A stretch of DNA of 64,000 bases from Tubiluchus corallicola (taxonomy: Eukaryota; Animalia; Priapulida): contig JAQGDQ010000064.1 of assembly GCA_030141605.1 (NCBI GenBank), forward strand, positions 300,116-364,115, written 5' to 3'. Position 1 is the stretch's first letter. Each line of letters starts with the position of its first letter. A program made the translations under genes and the position numbers. A model generated the notes under the pieces. It saw only the letters and a list, made by a program, of their open reading frames with translations. It did not search any database and had not been told where the DNA came from. Shown piece after piece: positions 41,350-55,176 of this stretch.

Positions 41350-42370
41350 AAGAAGGCTGTCATGTCTTGTCTATTTTGTTGAATGCTTGTTTACGTAGCG
41401 TGCACTTACCATCTGTTGTTGCTGACTCTATGTTAGTGCCTATTATCAAACCTAAGTTTGAAAAGGTTGATTCTGTTAACAACTATTGCCCTATTGCAAT
41501 TTTTAGTATATTTAGCAAAAGTCTTTGAAAATATTATTTTAGATAAATGTGAACACTTGCTATATACAGATGAAGTTCAAGAAATCTCTAGCTACTAAGC
41601 AAGTTATCTATCTGTACAAACATATGCAGATGCAAATACTCCAGTTTATGTTTGTATGCTCGATGCTAGTACGGCATTTGACAGTGTCAATCATGATATT
41701 GTTCAGAAAATTGCAAATGAGAGGCTTACCTTACTCTGTTTTTTCTATTCTTCGTATGTGGTACAAAAGCCAGTTCATTTGTGTGAAATGTAGTGTGGAA
41801 TAGTACGTTTGCTGTTACGTTTTCTACGAAATTAGTACCGAAACCATCTGGCAGCTTGTGGTATTAAACTTTTCGAAGTTTTTACTGTAACAAACGGCGT
41901 TAGGCAGGGTGGCGTTTCGTCTCCTTACTTATTTAGTGTGTATGTAGATGACCTCAGATCTAAGCTAGCACACTTGGGTCTTAACTGTAAGATTCGTAAT
42001 TTCAGTACAATACATTTATTTTATGACGATGACATAGTACGCCTTGCACCTTGTGGTGCTGCTTTGCAATGACTAATTGACTGTCGTGCGAATTTTGCTA
42101 ATTCTCATGCGTTTACTCTGCATATAACAATACAGTTATATGGACGAACTGGTACAAACTGTGTTTTGCATTATAAAATCAACATCTTATAACATGTTAA
42201 AGGTGCCTTTAATTGTGTTTTATGCCTCTGTATATTGTATTTTTAGTGATCTGTCTTGTGTTTTTATGTTTTGTGTCTGGGTGTGTATGCATGTATATAT
42301 GCAATTATTTTATTAGTTTTTATTGTAATTTTGTAGTATAGCTGAATGCTTTATAAAATAAATAAATAAG
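41350..42370 (+). mobile_element. 5'-truncated decayed non-LTR retrotransposon (RTE/RTEX-like RT)
   Basis: MLVPIIKPK..NNYCPIAI; PVYVCMLDASTAFDSVNH; FTVTNGVRQGGVSSPYLFSVYVDDL; HLFYDDDIV (YADD equivalent). Frameshifts present; (aata)n tail at ~42355. Confidence 0.88.
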
Positions 42371-43959
42371 TATTTTCTTATAAATTTTGTGATTGTGACC
42401 TACAGACTCTTTTCTTATACGGTGAACAAGCCAATTTGTTCAATGCGTTTTTCTTTCATCCTATTTAACTATTTAAAAATAAAAAGTAAAACAAAATCTT
42501 TAAGGCTTTCGACCTCTTATGTTAGTTACTCAAATTAATTTATTTTAATTGTCCACAGATGCATTATAACTTTCCACTTCCGCAGTAACAAGGATAGATT
42601 TTATAGTACTTTAATCGTAAGTCGTAACAGTTTATGATGCAGAATTTATTAATTTAATTATAATTTCAAGCCAATTTATTATCTATAATATAATGACATA
42701 ACCTCATTACACATACCAGTGGTGTTGTGACAGTGGTAATATATTTATTATATTTATAGGTACATTGTTTTTCTTGACATAAATTGTAAAAAAAGATATT
42801 ACAGTGAGTGGGTGTTTGTGCGTGACACTGTAAAAAACAGCATACGATTTTTAATTTAATCATTTTTTGAAGTCATCCAACCAACCCGCTAGATTTAAAA
42901 CCTAACTAATGACGCAGCATGTATTCCGAATAATGATAATGCTGATAAATAATATTGTATACATTGTACATCTTTTTATAAACACAGTAAATATACATAT
43001 ATGCACTTAAATATATATACAAGCCTACAAGGCCTCTGTTTGCAGATTATATGACTGAGGATTCTTTGAAGACATTAAAAATCTATATTGAACACAACAA
43101 AAGGCATTACAGAAGTATTAATAATGTTCTGCATATAGTGTTTGTAGTTAACAGGGATTACCTGATTTGTTGTTCTGAAGAGGACATTATCAACGGGACA
43201 TTTTATTTTATAACTGCTGGATGATTGCCTGTAAAAAATTCAATCATTAGGCTGTCGAGGTGTGAAAGCGCACTTAGTTCAAAGTGATGTACCACATGCA
43301 GATTTTGTTAGCAAAATTAAAAAAACGAGATTGAGGCGACTTGCAATGCTGCACATTCGTCATCAAATACTATTTATATTAAAAATGGTATAAACAGCGC
43401 TTCTGCAAATGATACTTACAAAAAACAAATTAAAGTGAGGCATTTGAGTGAAATAGCTGATTCACCACTGCGAGCGTATAAGATAGACAGTGCACACGAA
43501 CTTTTGGGAAACAGCCAGATCAAAAGTTTTAACAGCGCATCATGTATGACAAAAACAAAACGAATGTAAAAAATGGTACACACTACTAGAAAACACTGAA
43601 GCGAAGGAGATATGGTGGAAAACAAATTGGAAGGGCAGTTATATACGAATGACACAGATTGTAAAAAAGATTTTACAGTGAGTGCAAATGATCTTGCGAA
43701 ACATTTTCAATGTAAATCTACGTTACACACTGAAAATGCGGTTTATCATAGTCGAATGTATATAGGCCTATACCACCTTTGGATAATGAATTTTCACATG
43801 ATGAGATTTTTAATGCAACTAAGCATGTTGGTTGATACGCAGAAATAATAAAACGGCCAAATGTTTTACGTACCATGATAGCTATATTATTAATATTATT
43901 AAATACGATTTTCTTATATGCAACTTATCCTACGGTTTGGTGTAAATCCGCCATTAATG

Positions 43960-45570
43960 CAAAAGCGATGTAAATGATGCTAAGAATTATGTGGTATCTC
44001 GTTAATCAGATTATTGGTCAATTTGTACAATTCTATTATATATATATATCTCCATATAAACGTTCATATAAAAGATACATATATATCTTTTATGTGAACG
44101 TTTTAAACAATGGTTTAAGCATCCTTGTAAACAATCTGCTTTTCAACCAGGTCGTAGCCTTCCAGAACGTGTGTTAACGTTGAGAATCTAACTGCAGTGG
44201 CAAAAAGAACTAATGTTACTTTGTATGTTGCATTTCTCGATTTCAGTGCAGCATATGATCGCGTAGCGACGACGTTATTTACAAAACTAGTTAAATTGGT
44301 ATAGATGCAACGTACTTGAGTGCCTAGTTAAATTGGTAAATGTGCAACGTACTTGAGTGGCTTGGTTGCTATGTATACAGAAAATGTCGACTTTTATGAC
44401 AAAACAGCTTCAGATTCTTTTATTTCAAATGCTGGTTTTCTAAAAGCTGCCCGAACGTGCTATTACTATTTATAGCTTATATAAATGGCTTGGTAATATT
44501 ATTTCATGATACATTTGATCCTTGATTGAAATGATACATATTTTAATTCATGCAACACTTGTATTCTTGTAACATCATGGGAGAAGTTTAAACAGAAATT
44601 AGCATTTGTTTAAAATTATTGTGAAGTAAGTTGCGTATTATTGCAATCGGTGAAAAGTCATGTCTTGTGCTTCAACCCTGTTTACGAATCTGTTTGTGAT
44701 ATATGTACGGGCACGAAATATGTGTATGTTCGAAATATATACAGGCATTATAAAGCACAAACACTCAGTTGTATATCTGGGTTCAAGAATATCTGATAAT
44801 GTACCTCTAAATGATTACATAACTGAACAATTTAATCCAAGTGGTACCATAGTACAAAATATTATATAACTTCTTACGCAAGAACTCGTATACACTTTGT
44901 ATTTAAGAAAAGTGTATTTTGCTTGTATTACGAGTACACTGATCTATAATTGTGAAACATGAACGAAAGAACAATGCAAATTATTGAAAAATGGTTTAAA
45001 TGAATACATGAAGATGATAAAAGTATGGCTGTAGTCATGACATGAATTTGTGACATAACATTACGAAGCGAGATAACGATGACAGTTTGAATATATTAAT
45101 ATTAGACTGTATCCGTCAAAATAACTGTAAATTTATAAATAATTACAAGTTTTGGGTTGACAAGTATAAATATGGTGAAAATAGGAAAAGGATCTATAAG
45201 GTTGACCTAACAAACCGGACACTTGTAGCAGCAACACAAGAAAGGTCGAAGTACAGTATTATTTGTGCATAAACCCAGAATTAACTTCTGGGTTTTATTA
45301 TGATAGAAATTGTTTATCACAACCTATAGAAATATTGTACGATTACGTTTAATTTCTCGAGACTTGGCTATTGAAAAGTGCCGACGGCAACGAAAACCTA
45401 GAGAGGAACGAATGTGAATTCTTGTCAATCAAAATAAATTTTTAGAGGATGAGAGGAATGTTTTATTCTGAGGTGCAAAAGACCTGAACTGGCACGAAAA
45501 TTATGTAAAGTTGAAAATTGCAGACTCCCCGATCTAATGCACAGTTTTGATAGAATGAATATATACATTT
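43960..45570 (+). mobile_element. Second decayed RTEX-like LINE (RT plus C-terminal CCHC region)
   Basis: LYVAFLDFSAAYDRV; LFTKLVKL; LLFIAYINGL; YLGSRISDN; LAIEKCRRQRKPREERMC..LEDERNVLF.C. Many stops and frameshifts; may extend upstream to ~43050. Confidence 0.75.
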
Positions 45571-45796
45571 GAGGAATGTTTACTAGGTACGCGAGTATAC
45601 TTTTAAAATTCACTCCTTGTGCTTTTGTGAATGTGCTAAAATAGCTTCTATGGTCATCGGAATATTTAATCTGACAACAGTGACACGTACGATATTCGTC
45701 ATAGCAATTAAAAATGTTCCGTAAATTTTTGTTAATTGTAACAATTGATCTGTTATTGAAGAACATGTAATTTATTATGGAGAATAACTCTACTAC

Positions 45797-45807
45797 TGCT
45801 GCTGCTG

Positions 45808-45838
<31 letters not shown>

Positions 45839-45869
45839 CTACTACTACTACTACTACTACTACTACTAG
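45797..45869. repeat. (CTG)/(CTA)n microsatellite
   Basis: Directly visible. Confidence 0.93.
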
Positions 45870-46288
45870 CCTCAACACGCTTGCGAGTTACTTGGCGGGC
45901 TAACTTGGCAAGAAAACTCGCTAATCTCAACGCGCCTTAACAGAACTCTTTTAAGTACAGTTGGTATCTTTTTGCAAAAGTTTAAACGACTTCCATTGTT
46001 TCAATCCCACAGAGCTCATTGTGTTTTGCCTAGGCAACGATGCAATAACAGCCGCTGTAAACGTGGCGCAGTTTTTGCAAAATGAATTAGAAATCTGCGG
46101 TTACGGTTTCTCGTTTATTATCATGGTGGATATGTTGAGAGCTTACACTTTAAGTGAAAAGTTTTTTATTATTCTGGTGAATGAAAATACTTATGGAAGA
46201 TTGAACAACTTAATTCTGCTTTAGTGCAGTAGTCGGAAAAATTTAGCACATTACTCTTAGTGATTAAAAAGCTATCTTGATTGTCATA

Positions 46289-49200
46289 ATGGGATCCGGA
46301 GCTTTGGGGATGTTTGGAAATGTTTCCAAGATACTTTTGTTTTTTTCCAACTTCATATTTTTCGTAAGTAAAACGATATGTTAATATTACTATAAGTTAA
46401 TTAAGTTAGTATTACTTTACAAGTTACAAGCTATTTATAATTTAGTATTAGGTGAACCATGTTAATCACAGGTAACTTGTGTTGCAATAAATTTTGTATA
46501 CATTTGCATGATACATATACAATGTGCATGATGTACATACGGTCTCTGAAAAATCTACATCGATTATCGAATATTAATTTGGAGTACAATGTGCAACCGG
46601 AATATAATAAAATTTTCATATACTCCGCTGGAACTAATTTATTTCCAAGCTTTTAAAAGGTTAATTAGGGGCCTACGACACTTTGCAGTAAACACACGTA
46701 GAATTTACAAGTTTGGTTAAAAATACGTAAATTATATAAGCCTAGGTAAGATGATGAAAAACAGGGTATGCTTATGGATACTAGTGGAAAACGGGAAACA
46801 ACTAAAATAACCGAAAATTTGTTCGCTTATAATAATTCCTGAAAATAACCCACCGGCACGAGTTCAAATACACATCGTAAAATACTATCGTTATTAAAAC
46901 GCCAGTGTGCTATCATATTCGTGGGGGCAACTTTGTCCCTTTCAAGGTGACTTTAGACAACCATAATTTTTTTGGTTAGTTGACATTGTTTAGTACAAAT
47001 TTAGAAATATAATTTTCTAAATATTGTAGTGATTTTTTACCTTTTTAAATTTGCAGGTGTTAGGAATCACCTTGGTAGGAGTTGGGTTATGGGCTACTGT
47101 ATCTAAGGATGCTAGATTTATTACCGACCTCCTTGGTAAATCAGACGTTGCCACGAATATCGTGGTGTAAGTGCGTTTCTGAAGTTCTAACACTACCAGC
47201 AAATTTATCACAACGAAGTTTTAAAATGTCAAAGTTCTGTTTTTTTATTATCTCTGAACCTATAGGCCATATAACCATTATTGATTTTATAGTATAGGCC
47301 TACATGTATTATTTTATACTTGCTCTCTCGTCTTTTAAGTAAATTTCATTATTTTAAATTTTTAATCAAACTGATTATCTGAAACATGATTTTTTATTAA
47401 TGGTTTGTCACAATTGATCGCATAGGTGTACAGTGAGCAATAAATTCAATACTAAAAGGGAACCATGAAATAATCAATGAATAAGTTATATTAAAAAACG
47501 AATTTACAAACTATCAAATATGAACTTGGGAACTCCATGCGAAAAAGCAGAGTTTGACATAATGTTTGCAAAAACACTGGTCTCATCACAGATTTCTTTT
47601 ACTACATTCGAACCAAAAATACATAGTTTGCATACACCCATGTGCTGTCTTAAAGCACTATAGCGTGTACCCTGTAACAAAAAATGCTTCCTATCCTCTA
47701 TTACATTCATATCACATTCTATTCTTTATAGAACAACAGCAAATTTAGTGATAGCAATCGGCAGTCTTATACTGGTTGTTGGTTTCTTTGGATGCTGGGG
47801 AGCTGTTAGAGAAAGCAAGTGCATGTTAATAACAGTAAGTTTATAATTTAAGCAAATTTTGAAATACTATGTTTAAGCACAGTTTTGTAAATTGTAGTCC
47901 TCTGTTGGTGGAATAATGCTTAAACTAAGCTAAACATTTTCCACTGTATAAGATCTCTAATATAAGACTTCTCTACACATTAAAATGCATAAAACGTGTT
48001 TAAATTCATTTTGAAACAAAGCAAGAAAATTTTGCACGAGAATGAGTCAAATTATCGCTTTTTTTTTTAAAAATTTTAGTTTTTACAATTTTGCAGAGTG
48101 GTTTTATCATGTGTAAAAAATGAATTATATTATTTGAAGGTACACACAGACTTTCTAAAACAACGACTAGATAGCAAAAGTAATTGGAAAAAGCGTATTT
48201 CATCACAAAACATGTTTAACCATACCCATGAATTTCAGTTAGAGAACGAACACAAAACATAGTAGATTATCGCATCCCAAAAAGTCTATTAAGGTATAAA
48301 AGTTCTGCAACGTGAGACAAATTCTAGCTATTTTTCTTCCAAATATGCATAGTCAGTTAATTCATACTTGTTGCTCATCTTGTACACCCACTCGTACAAC
48401 TCAGATACGATCTGTTCTTGCGTCCTGAGGTAGGAACGGTGTGATTTTATGCCTTTTCCTATTTCAACTTCAGTGATATGTGGAAAAAACATTAAATGTC
48501 AAAAATTTCCCGCAGTTTGTAAATTGAAATTGTTTAACAAACAAAACTGCTTTATAAACTTGTCTTTGTGGCACACGTATTTACTCACTTTCTTGTCTTA
48601 TTTGCAGTACGCCATTTTCTTATGTATACTTCTGATAATGGAGTTTGCTGCTGCTGGTTTAGCGGCAGCTTACAAAGGCAAGGTAAGTTGTATAGAGAGT
48701 AACTAAAAAGTGCAGAAACCAAATTACTAAGTGGTAGTATAATTAATCTACTGTTGGAGTTCACTATATTTGAGTAATACAAGTAACTGTAGATTAACAT
48801 CGATTATTAAACATTTAATTTTTTGCTAATACTGATGATATTTGCATTGTCGTCCACGAACACGGAGACATGGACGTAAATTTTCTTATAGTACTTCTTA
48901 TAGATAAAGCGCTTTTAAAGGATGAATATTATACACAATTTGCAGTCTTATGATCTACTTGTAACCAAACAGATTTGCAGCTGCCAAAAGAGTTTCATAT
49001 TTTAACGTCGTGTTATTTCATATTAGAATACACGTCAATAAGAAGCTTATTAACTACACTCGGTAGCATGGGCAATATTTATTATTTGTAACTGATGAAG
49101 ATTCATTTCTGTCTTTGACCAAAGAAACAATGGCGCTATGAAGGCAATTAACTGACTACTTAAGTAAAAAAATTTACAGCAAACTGAGTAGATCTGCAAG

Positions 49201-51345
49201 TATGGTTTATTGTCTTAATTTATTTGTTTGTTTGTTTGTTTATCATTTGTTTATGTGGCATGAATAGATTGAAGAAACAATGGACAAGCATATTCCATCT
49301 GTTCTCACGACAACCTACAAAGCTAACGAAGATGTGAAAAAACTGTGGGATCGACTGCACGTTGAAAAAGTATTTGCAAGTTGTTTCCTTAGTTTTTTCC
49401 ATATGTAGTTTTCTATAGCTCTACATCTCTATAGTCCCTTAGGCATCAGTAGTTTTACAGTGTGAGATTCAAACTGTCAAATGCATGACTTTTCTGAGTT
49501 TTTCTGTATGAAATTTTTCACAACTCTTCAATAAGCTAAATTCAGTTTTCAGTGTACTCAGAATATTTAATTTTATGTTTTAGGAATGCTGTGGTTTTAC
49601 AGGTCCAGATGATTTTACTGAAATGCCGGAATCATGTTGCAAGCTAGAAGGAGACTATGATTTTATGGACCCTTCCACGTGGAAGGTAATGTACTCAATT
49701 TGTTCGGTATTATTTTCGTTTCAATCCCACGTGAAGTAATTATTGCCGTTGTCGCGGATATAGGCCTATTGCATTTTCATCAGTTTTGAAAGCAGAAGCC
49801 TGAAAGCTGATCTAGAGAAGGTACTTCTTAAATGTCAAAATACTAATTAATAAATAAATAAGTCTCATTCGCCATACATATATATATCCATCTCATAAGG
49901 GGATGATATATTAACATCGTAGCAAACCACCACTGCCTGCCGGTTTAGTGTCTCATCTTAGACTAAGAGGCATTTTCTTGATAATGAGCCAGATTCCGGT
50001 CCTGTCACAATCATCTACATTGTGTAGACCGTTTGTGAATGCTAGATTTTGCTTTGTAGTTTGAAAAATTGTATAATAAAGTCAACAATCAAGCAATGCA
50101 ATTTTTACTCGCACTTTGTACTAATTGTTAGGATATTTAAAGAGTATGGACATTATAAATACCAATGTGTCACGAAATTCCCGCACTTCCTACCACTTAC
50201 GCTCACTGTATTCACTCATTTTTCTGATACTGCTCTCGTCAATAAACTCGTTAACTACATATTTTTCTTTTACAGCCTGTAGATAAGGAAGGTTGCAAAG
50301 CTAAAACTGAAGGTACTTATCATACTAAGGTAAGGTGACACAACACCTTCATTTTAGTGGTGTTTTGTTTAGTTTCTTTTTCGTGCCCTTCTTGTATTTA
50401 TTTGCATGTTTGTACTTATTTGCTTATCTTTTGTTTGTTTGTTTGCGTAGTCGTTTGTATGTTCATTCATTCGTTCGTTCATTCCTTCGTTTGTTTGTTT
50501 ACTCGCTTATTCACTTCTTTCGTTGGATCTTTTGTTCGTATTGATGACTGTGTGTCTCTTAAGCTTAATTTTAATTACTATTCACGTTAAAGTTTCTGTT
50601 CATTTCATTAAATCGTTTTTGTACACTCAGTTTATAAGCAAACTCTTGATCACATTCCCAAGGAAATATGGTTTTTGAAAGCGGTATTAAGTCGATCTTA
50701 ACCGCATGTATGTACATAGTTTCTTTGCTTTCTCTAAAAAGTTGGGTATTGCTGACAGTTGTTCCCATTTCAGTCGTGCAAGGAAGATCTGCTTAAAATT
50801 GTGAAAAACAACTTAACATTGATTGCTGGTGTAACTGGAGGCGTTATAGTAACAGAGGTAACGTAGCCTATGTATAACATCGAGCTGATTTGTTCTCCTA
50901 ATTACTTGAAAAAAATGACGAAAAAACGCGAGTCGACTAATTATAAATGTTATTATGATTAAATATTATTTAAGTTTACTCAATCTTACTTTTTAGAATC
51001 AGATCCATTGTTTAAGTTATGGCCAGCTAATTTGATTAATTGATTAATTGCCTTTTCTATGTAACGTGTAAGTGGCACTGAAGTTATAGTTACTTTTTGT
51101 AGGTTCTGGGGATTCTTTAAGTTTACTCAATCTGACTTTTTAGAATCAGATCCATTGTTTAAGTTATGGCCAGCTAATTTGATTAATTGATTAATTGCCT
51201 TTTCTTTGTAACATGTAAGTGGCACTGAAATTATAGTTACTTTTTGTAGGTTGTGGGGATTCTTTTAGGAATCTGTTTATATAAAAGCATCCAGGCTGAA
51301 GAAGAAGAAGAAGCAGAAGCTGAAGAAATGTCCCAGGCTGAATAA
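46289..51345 (+). CDS. Tetraspanin TspD, 9 exons, about 266 aa
   Basis: Exons 46289-46363, 47057-47166, 47732-47834, 48608-48682, 49268-49369, 49584-49685, 50276-50329, 50774-50857, 51250-51345. Contains SKILLFFSNFIFF, GFFGCWGAVRESKCML, ECCGFTGPDDF..PESCC, SCKED; tail VVGILLGICLYKSIQAEEEEEAEAEEMSQAE*. Confidence 0.93.
50969..51264. repeat. Tandem duplication (~147 bp x2) spanning the TspD last 3' splice site
   Basis: tttaagtttactcaatc...tactttttgtaggtt(c/g)tggggattctt occurs at 50969 and 51116, nearly identical. Confidence 0.92.
51103..51120 (+). other. Duplicated proximal acceptor for the TspD last exon, giving VLGIL*
   Basis: A ~147 bp tandem duplication copies the intron end and the first 15 nt of the exon; the junction creates an in-frame TAA. 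Confidence 0.5.
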
Positions 51346-52699
51346 ACTACGTTAAAGCTCTACATGTTGATCACTAAATAGCATATAGTTTTGGATTCTT
51401 TTTTATTTTCATGTCTATCATGGGCATTGCTAGACTTTGAATACTCGTGAATGTCTTTAAAAATATGCCTACATTCTGAAAAGTGCGTACGCCAAGTACC
51501 ATTTTTTTGTAATGCTTATATATCATAAACTGTACATTAACCTGGGCAAAATTTCGATGTTTCCATGATAAGAGCCTTGTTGCTAAACCAGTACTGCTTT
51601 TTACTTAAGTCTAAATGTTTTCGTTATGTTGCCAAGTAGAAAGATTGTCTTAGTCACTTACAAATGGAATTACAATGTTGAATGATAAATAAGATGTTAG
51701 GCTTGCTAGTATAAGTAGCTTCCAATTTCTTACGCAGTCTTAATGTTTAATATCTGTAAAAAAGATAGAGAAAAAAATGAAATGAGAAAAAAATCACTAT
51801 ATCCACGACATTAGATTTGCCATGGGTATGTGATTTTAAAAAAATTTAAAAGCATTTTTCTTTTTGTCGTCAAACCACATTGATTTTCCAACTATTTATT
51901 ATACTGCTTATAATTCTTATGGAATCTTAAATGTTTTAATCATTTCATTTAGAATTACAAAACTATGTTACTGCGACTGCTTCCATATACATATATCATT
52001 TCTAACACAAATTTAGTTCTTAATAACAAGAATAGATACAATTAATGTAACGTCCCACGGAAAAAAATCAACGTTCTGTTTTTTAATGCGGAATTTTTCA
52101 TTAAATACTTGTTTCTTGTTTTTTATAATGTCAAAAACTTTAGGTAAAATAAAATGTCCTATGAGAAACTCGATTATTATGAAATAATTTTCTTTTTATT
52201 GTCGCAATAAACTTGCGTTGGTAAGCTGTATTACATTAATGCATGAAATGTCATAGCTTTTCTTTGGAACAGAGATAATGGTATGAAACTTAGACTCGAC
52301 TTTTCTCAGCCGAACTGCAAACGCAAAACGTTGCAGCTATAACAACATTTATAAAACAGTTATAGCATCCCTGAACTTTCGTGATGGTTTTCGGTATTAT
52401 TAGTGTAATAGCATAGGTTATAGGAAAGGCACGCGGTCCTTCAAAATTGTCAGTGTCGAATGCCATTCTCGGAAAGAACAGCCAATGATACTGCGTGCTG
52501 GTGGCTCAGCAGGAAGAGCCCACTTATTAGGTGGGCCAAAACGCGCGCTATCATTAAAAATCATTGAACTATTAACAAAAAGCGTCCGTATTTTATAAGC
52601 TCATGAATCTAGAAATTAGCAAACCCAGGAAAGTGAAGTGATGATTTCAATAATATTGTAATTTTTCATCTGTTACGTTAATATGGCACCACAACGATG

Positions 52700-54550
52700 T
52701 CATCAAGTCAGTGAAAACATCACTGCTTTGTTGCTGTTAAAAGTTGTTATCAGATTAGTTCTTTCAGTATCAGTATTTGCAAGAGCATTCAGTATCAATT
52801 ACAGATTGATGGTGCCTGTCGGCACCAAAACCATTGATCCTAGAAAAAATTGTTAATGGCTGATAGGAAAGAGCACCACATAAACCGAAAAATGTCGTCA
52901 TTTTCCAATTATGACGGCAGGATGCCATTATCAGTTAGCAAGTCATTAAGAGTATCACTGCTTCTTTACTTTTGACTTGAGTGCTTGGCGCTTAGGTGAC
53001 TATAATAGCAACCTGCCCAAATAAGTGAACACACTCACAACTTCTAACGCTTCTGCAACTGAAATGGAAGGAACTTGCGGTTGCGTGGCCCAGCTGATAG
53101 CAAAACCTAATTGTGAGGCTTCTATCGAGAAAACGTTAACAGCATCTAAGCATAAGAGATATAATAAGTTTACTGGGAAACAATACAATACATTATAATG
53201 TATTGCATTAAGGCATATCTGTCAGTTACACAAAAGCTGCGTAGTGAGAAGGTAATCGGGAATGGGGCTAAGCATTGTAGTACTTTTGTTCTGTAAGACG
53301 TGGAGATGAGGCTAACTTTCTGGTTGATGGAAACAGAATCAAAGTCAAATCGATCTGCAGAAGACCAAGTTACTGCTTCATTATTGTTAGATATGGGATA
53401 CTGGAGCTCCACAATATCAGTACTTACAAGGGTATTCAGTATCTGTTACATGCTGACTTTACATGTAGCATGTCATCAATGTCCATCTGTTGGGAATGCC
53501 CTGATCAATCATTTGGGTTCACTTTGCATCCATAGCACAATATTCCATGTAATGGTTTTTGCTGCATCACTAAAGATGGATGTTTTACACAGGAAGTGGT
53601 GTGCACCTTTTCTGATCGTTATTGTTACTTATAAATGGATTCAAATCTTCCTTTCCTCTGCCGTAAAGATAAACTGACGTTCTCTATCTTGCCTCAGCTA
53701 TTTGTTACCGCATTAGTGTATCCAAAAATGCGTCCAATGACATTCATGTAGCTTAATGGAATGAACCGTTAGCTTCAAGGAACTTGGAAGTAGCTTTACT
53801 TACACGTGCATTTTATCTCAGCCACTGACCGCACTTACGTAACATTACTTGTGTATCGTAGGCGTTAATTAAAATTACTTGTTTTCGTACACAGACAGAG
53901 TCTAAGTAGAACCTATCTAGTTCAGACAGCATGCACACCATGACGACTAAGACACAACAAAACAACAGAGGAACAGAAGCGGATCCTCTTCCCTGTCACC
54001 CAAACTTCTCCAAATATTATGTCCCATTCCGCCTTTGCACAAGCCTGCTTTTCCAACCAGAATATAATTCTGTTTGTATCTTTGCTGTTTTATAAGTTAT
54101 AACCCTACTGCAACGATAGATCATGCACCAACTCGTTCCACCTACCCGACTGTGATTAAGACAATGCGGAAGAAATTATGTGGATGGAAATTTATGTAAC
54201 TAATACAGAATGCTTTTGTAGGTACTGACACTAAAAGATCTGTTGCTCCAAGTTTGTTCTTCTTCTGCTCTAAACCTATAGCCTTTATCCCTCATTACAG
54301 TAAACCACAGTTTTCAACTCTTGTGATGCTATTATTAAGTTCGTCTAAGAAAGGAAGAACAGATTTATTCCAGTATTCCATTTTTACAACAACAAAGCAA
54401 TGACATTCTTAATTGTTTCCTGACGTCATAATGGGTGAAAAATGTTAACGTTTTTGAAATCTCTTGGGGTACTTTCTTGTCAACCACTCATATTTTTCAT
54501 CTATAGTCTCGACCATATACCGGAAACCATAATACTGCCAATAAAAATTG
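52700..54550 (-). mobile_element. Decayed RTE-clade LINE
   Basis: Minus-strand AVNVFSIEASQLGFAISWA..LEVVSVFTYLG matches the RTE RT pattern EA..LGL.ISW.KT..VE.V.SFTYLGS. Weaker QCLAPF and KSA.. motifs upstream; boundaries approximate. Confidence 0.6.
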
Positions 54551-54694
54551 TGTTAACTGGGTACTGAGATTCAAACACAGTTCAATCACTTGAACTATTT
54601 AACCAATAAAGCAGAACTGAATACTCATTATATGAGATAATTCTCATATAAATTCTCAGTAATATTATTACTAGTGATCAGGCAATCAGTCAGA

Positions 54695-54709
54695 GTCGCG
54701 CCATCTTAG
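54695..54709. promoter_or_regulatory. YY1-like motif upstream of GNPTAB
   Basis: cgcgccatcttag (AAGATGGCG on the - strand), about 470 bp upstream of the ATG. Motif only. Confidence 0.3.
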
Positions 54710-55176
54710 TAATTTTGAGCATTTTCGTTTTCATGGTTCTCCAAGTAGTAACCTTAAAAAGCTGTTATTTTTGACAAAGAAAATTAATATTTCGCTAAAA
54801 ATAAAGAAATTCTGGACAATAGTGGTTAATGGGCAAGAATATTAATTTTGATTGCAATTTTAACAAGAAATGCGCTACCTGGAGGTTCTTCGGTAACTGC
54901 ATCTTTATGGCCAGCAACTTTCAGTTTCGCGACTTTTCACGGTGAATTCTCAGTGACGAGTGACAACAAAACAACGTGGCAAGCTAAAGTTGAAGCTGCG
55001 TAGCGCGTAGTTGTTGATTAGGAGAAAATAATAGAATTTCATAGGTTTTCTATTGTAATAATTATTTAAAAATGTAGTTCATTGGAAAGTTAATGTAGGT
55101 AATATTAAAACTGCTGCTGTAATCCTGCCAAAAAGAAGTGACTTATCGCCGTGTTTTATCTTTTTATAAGCGTAAA

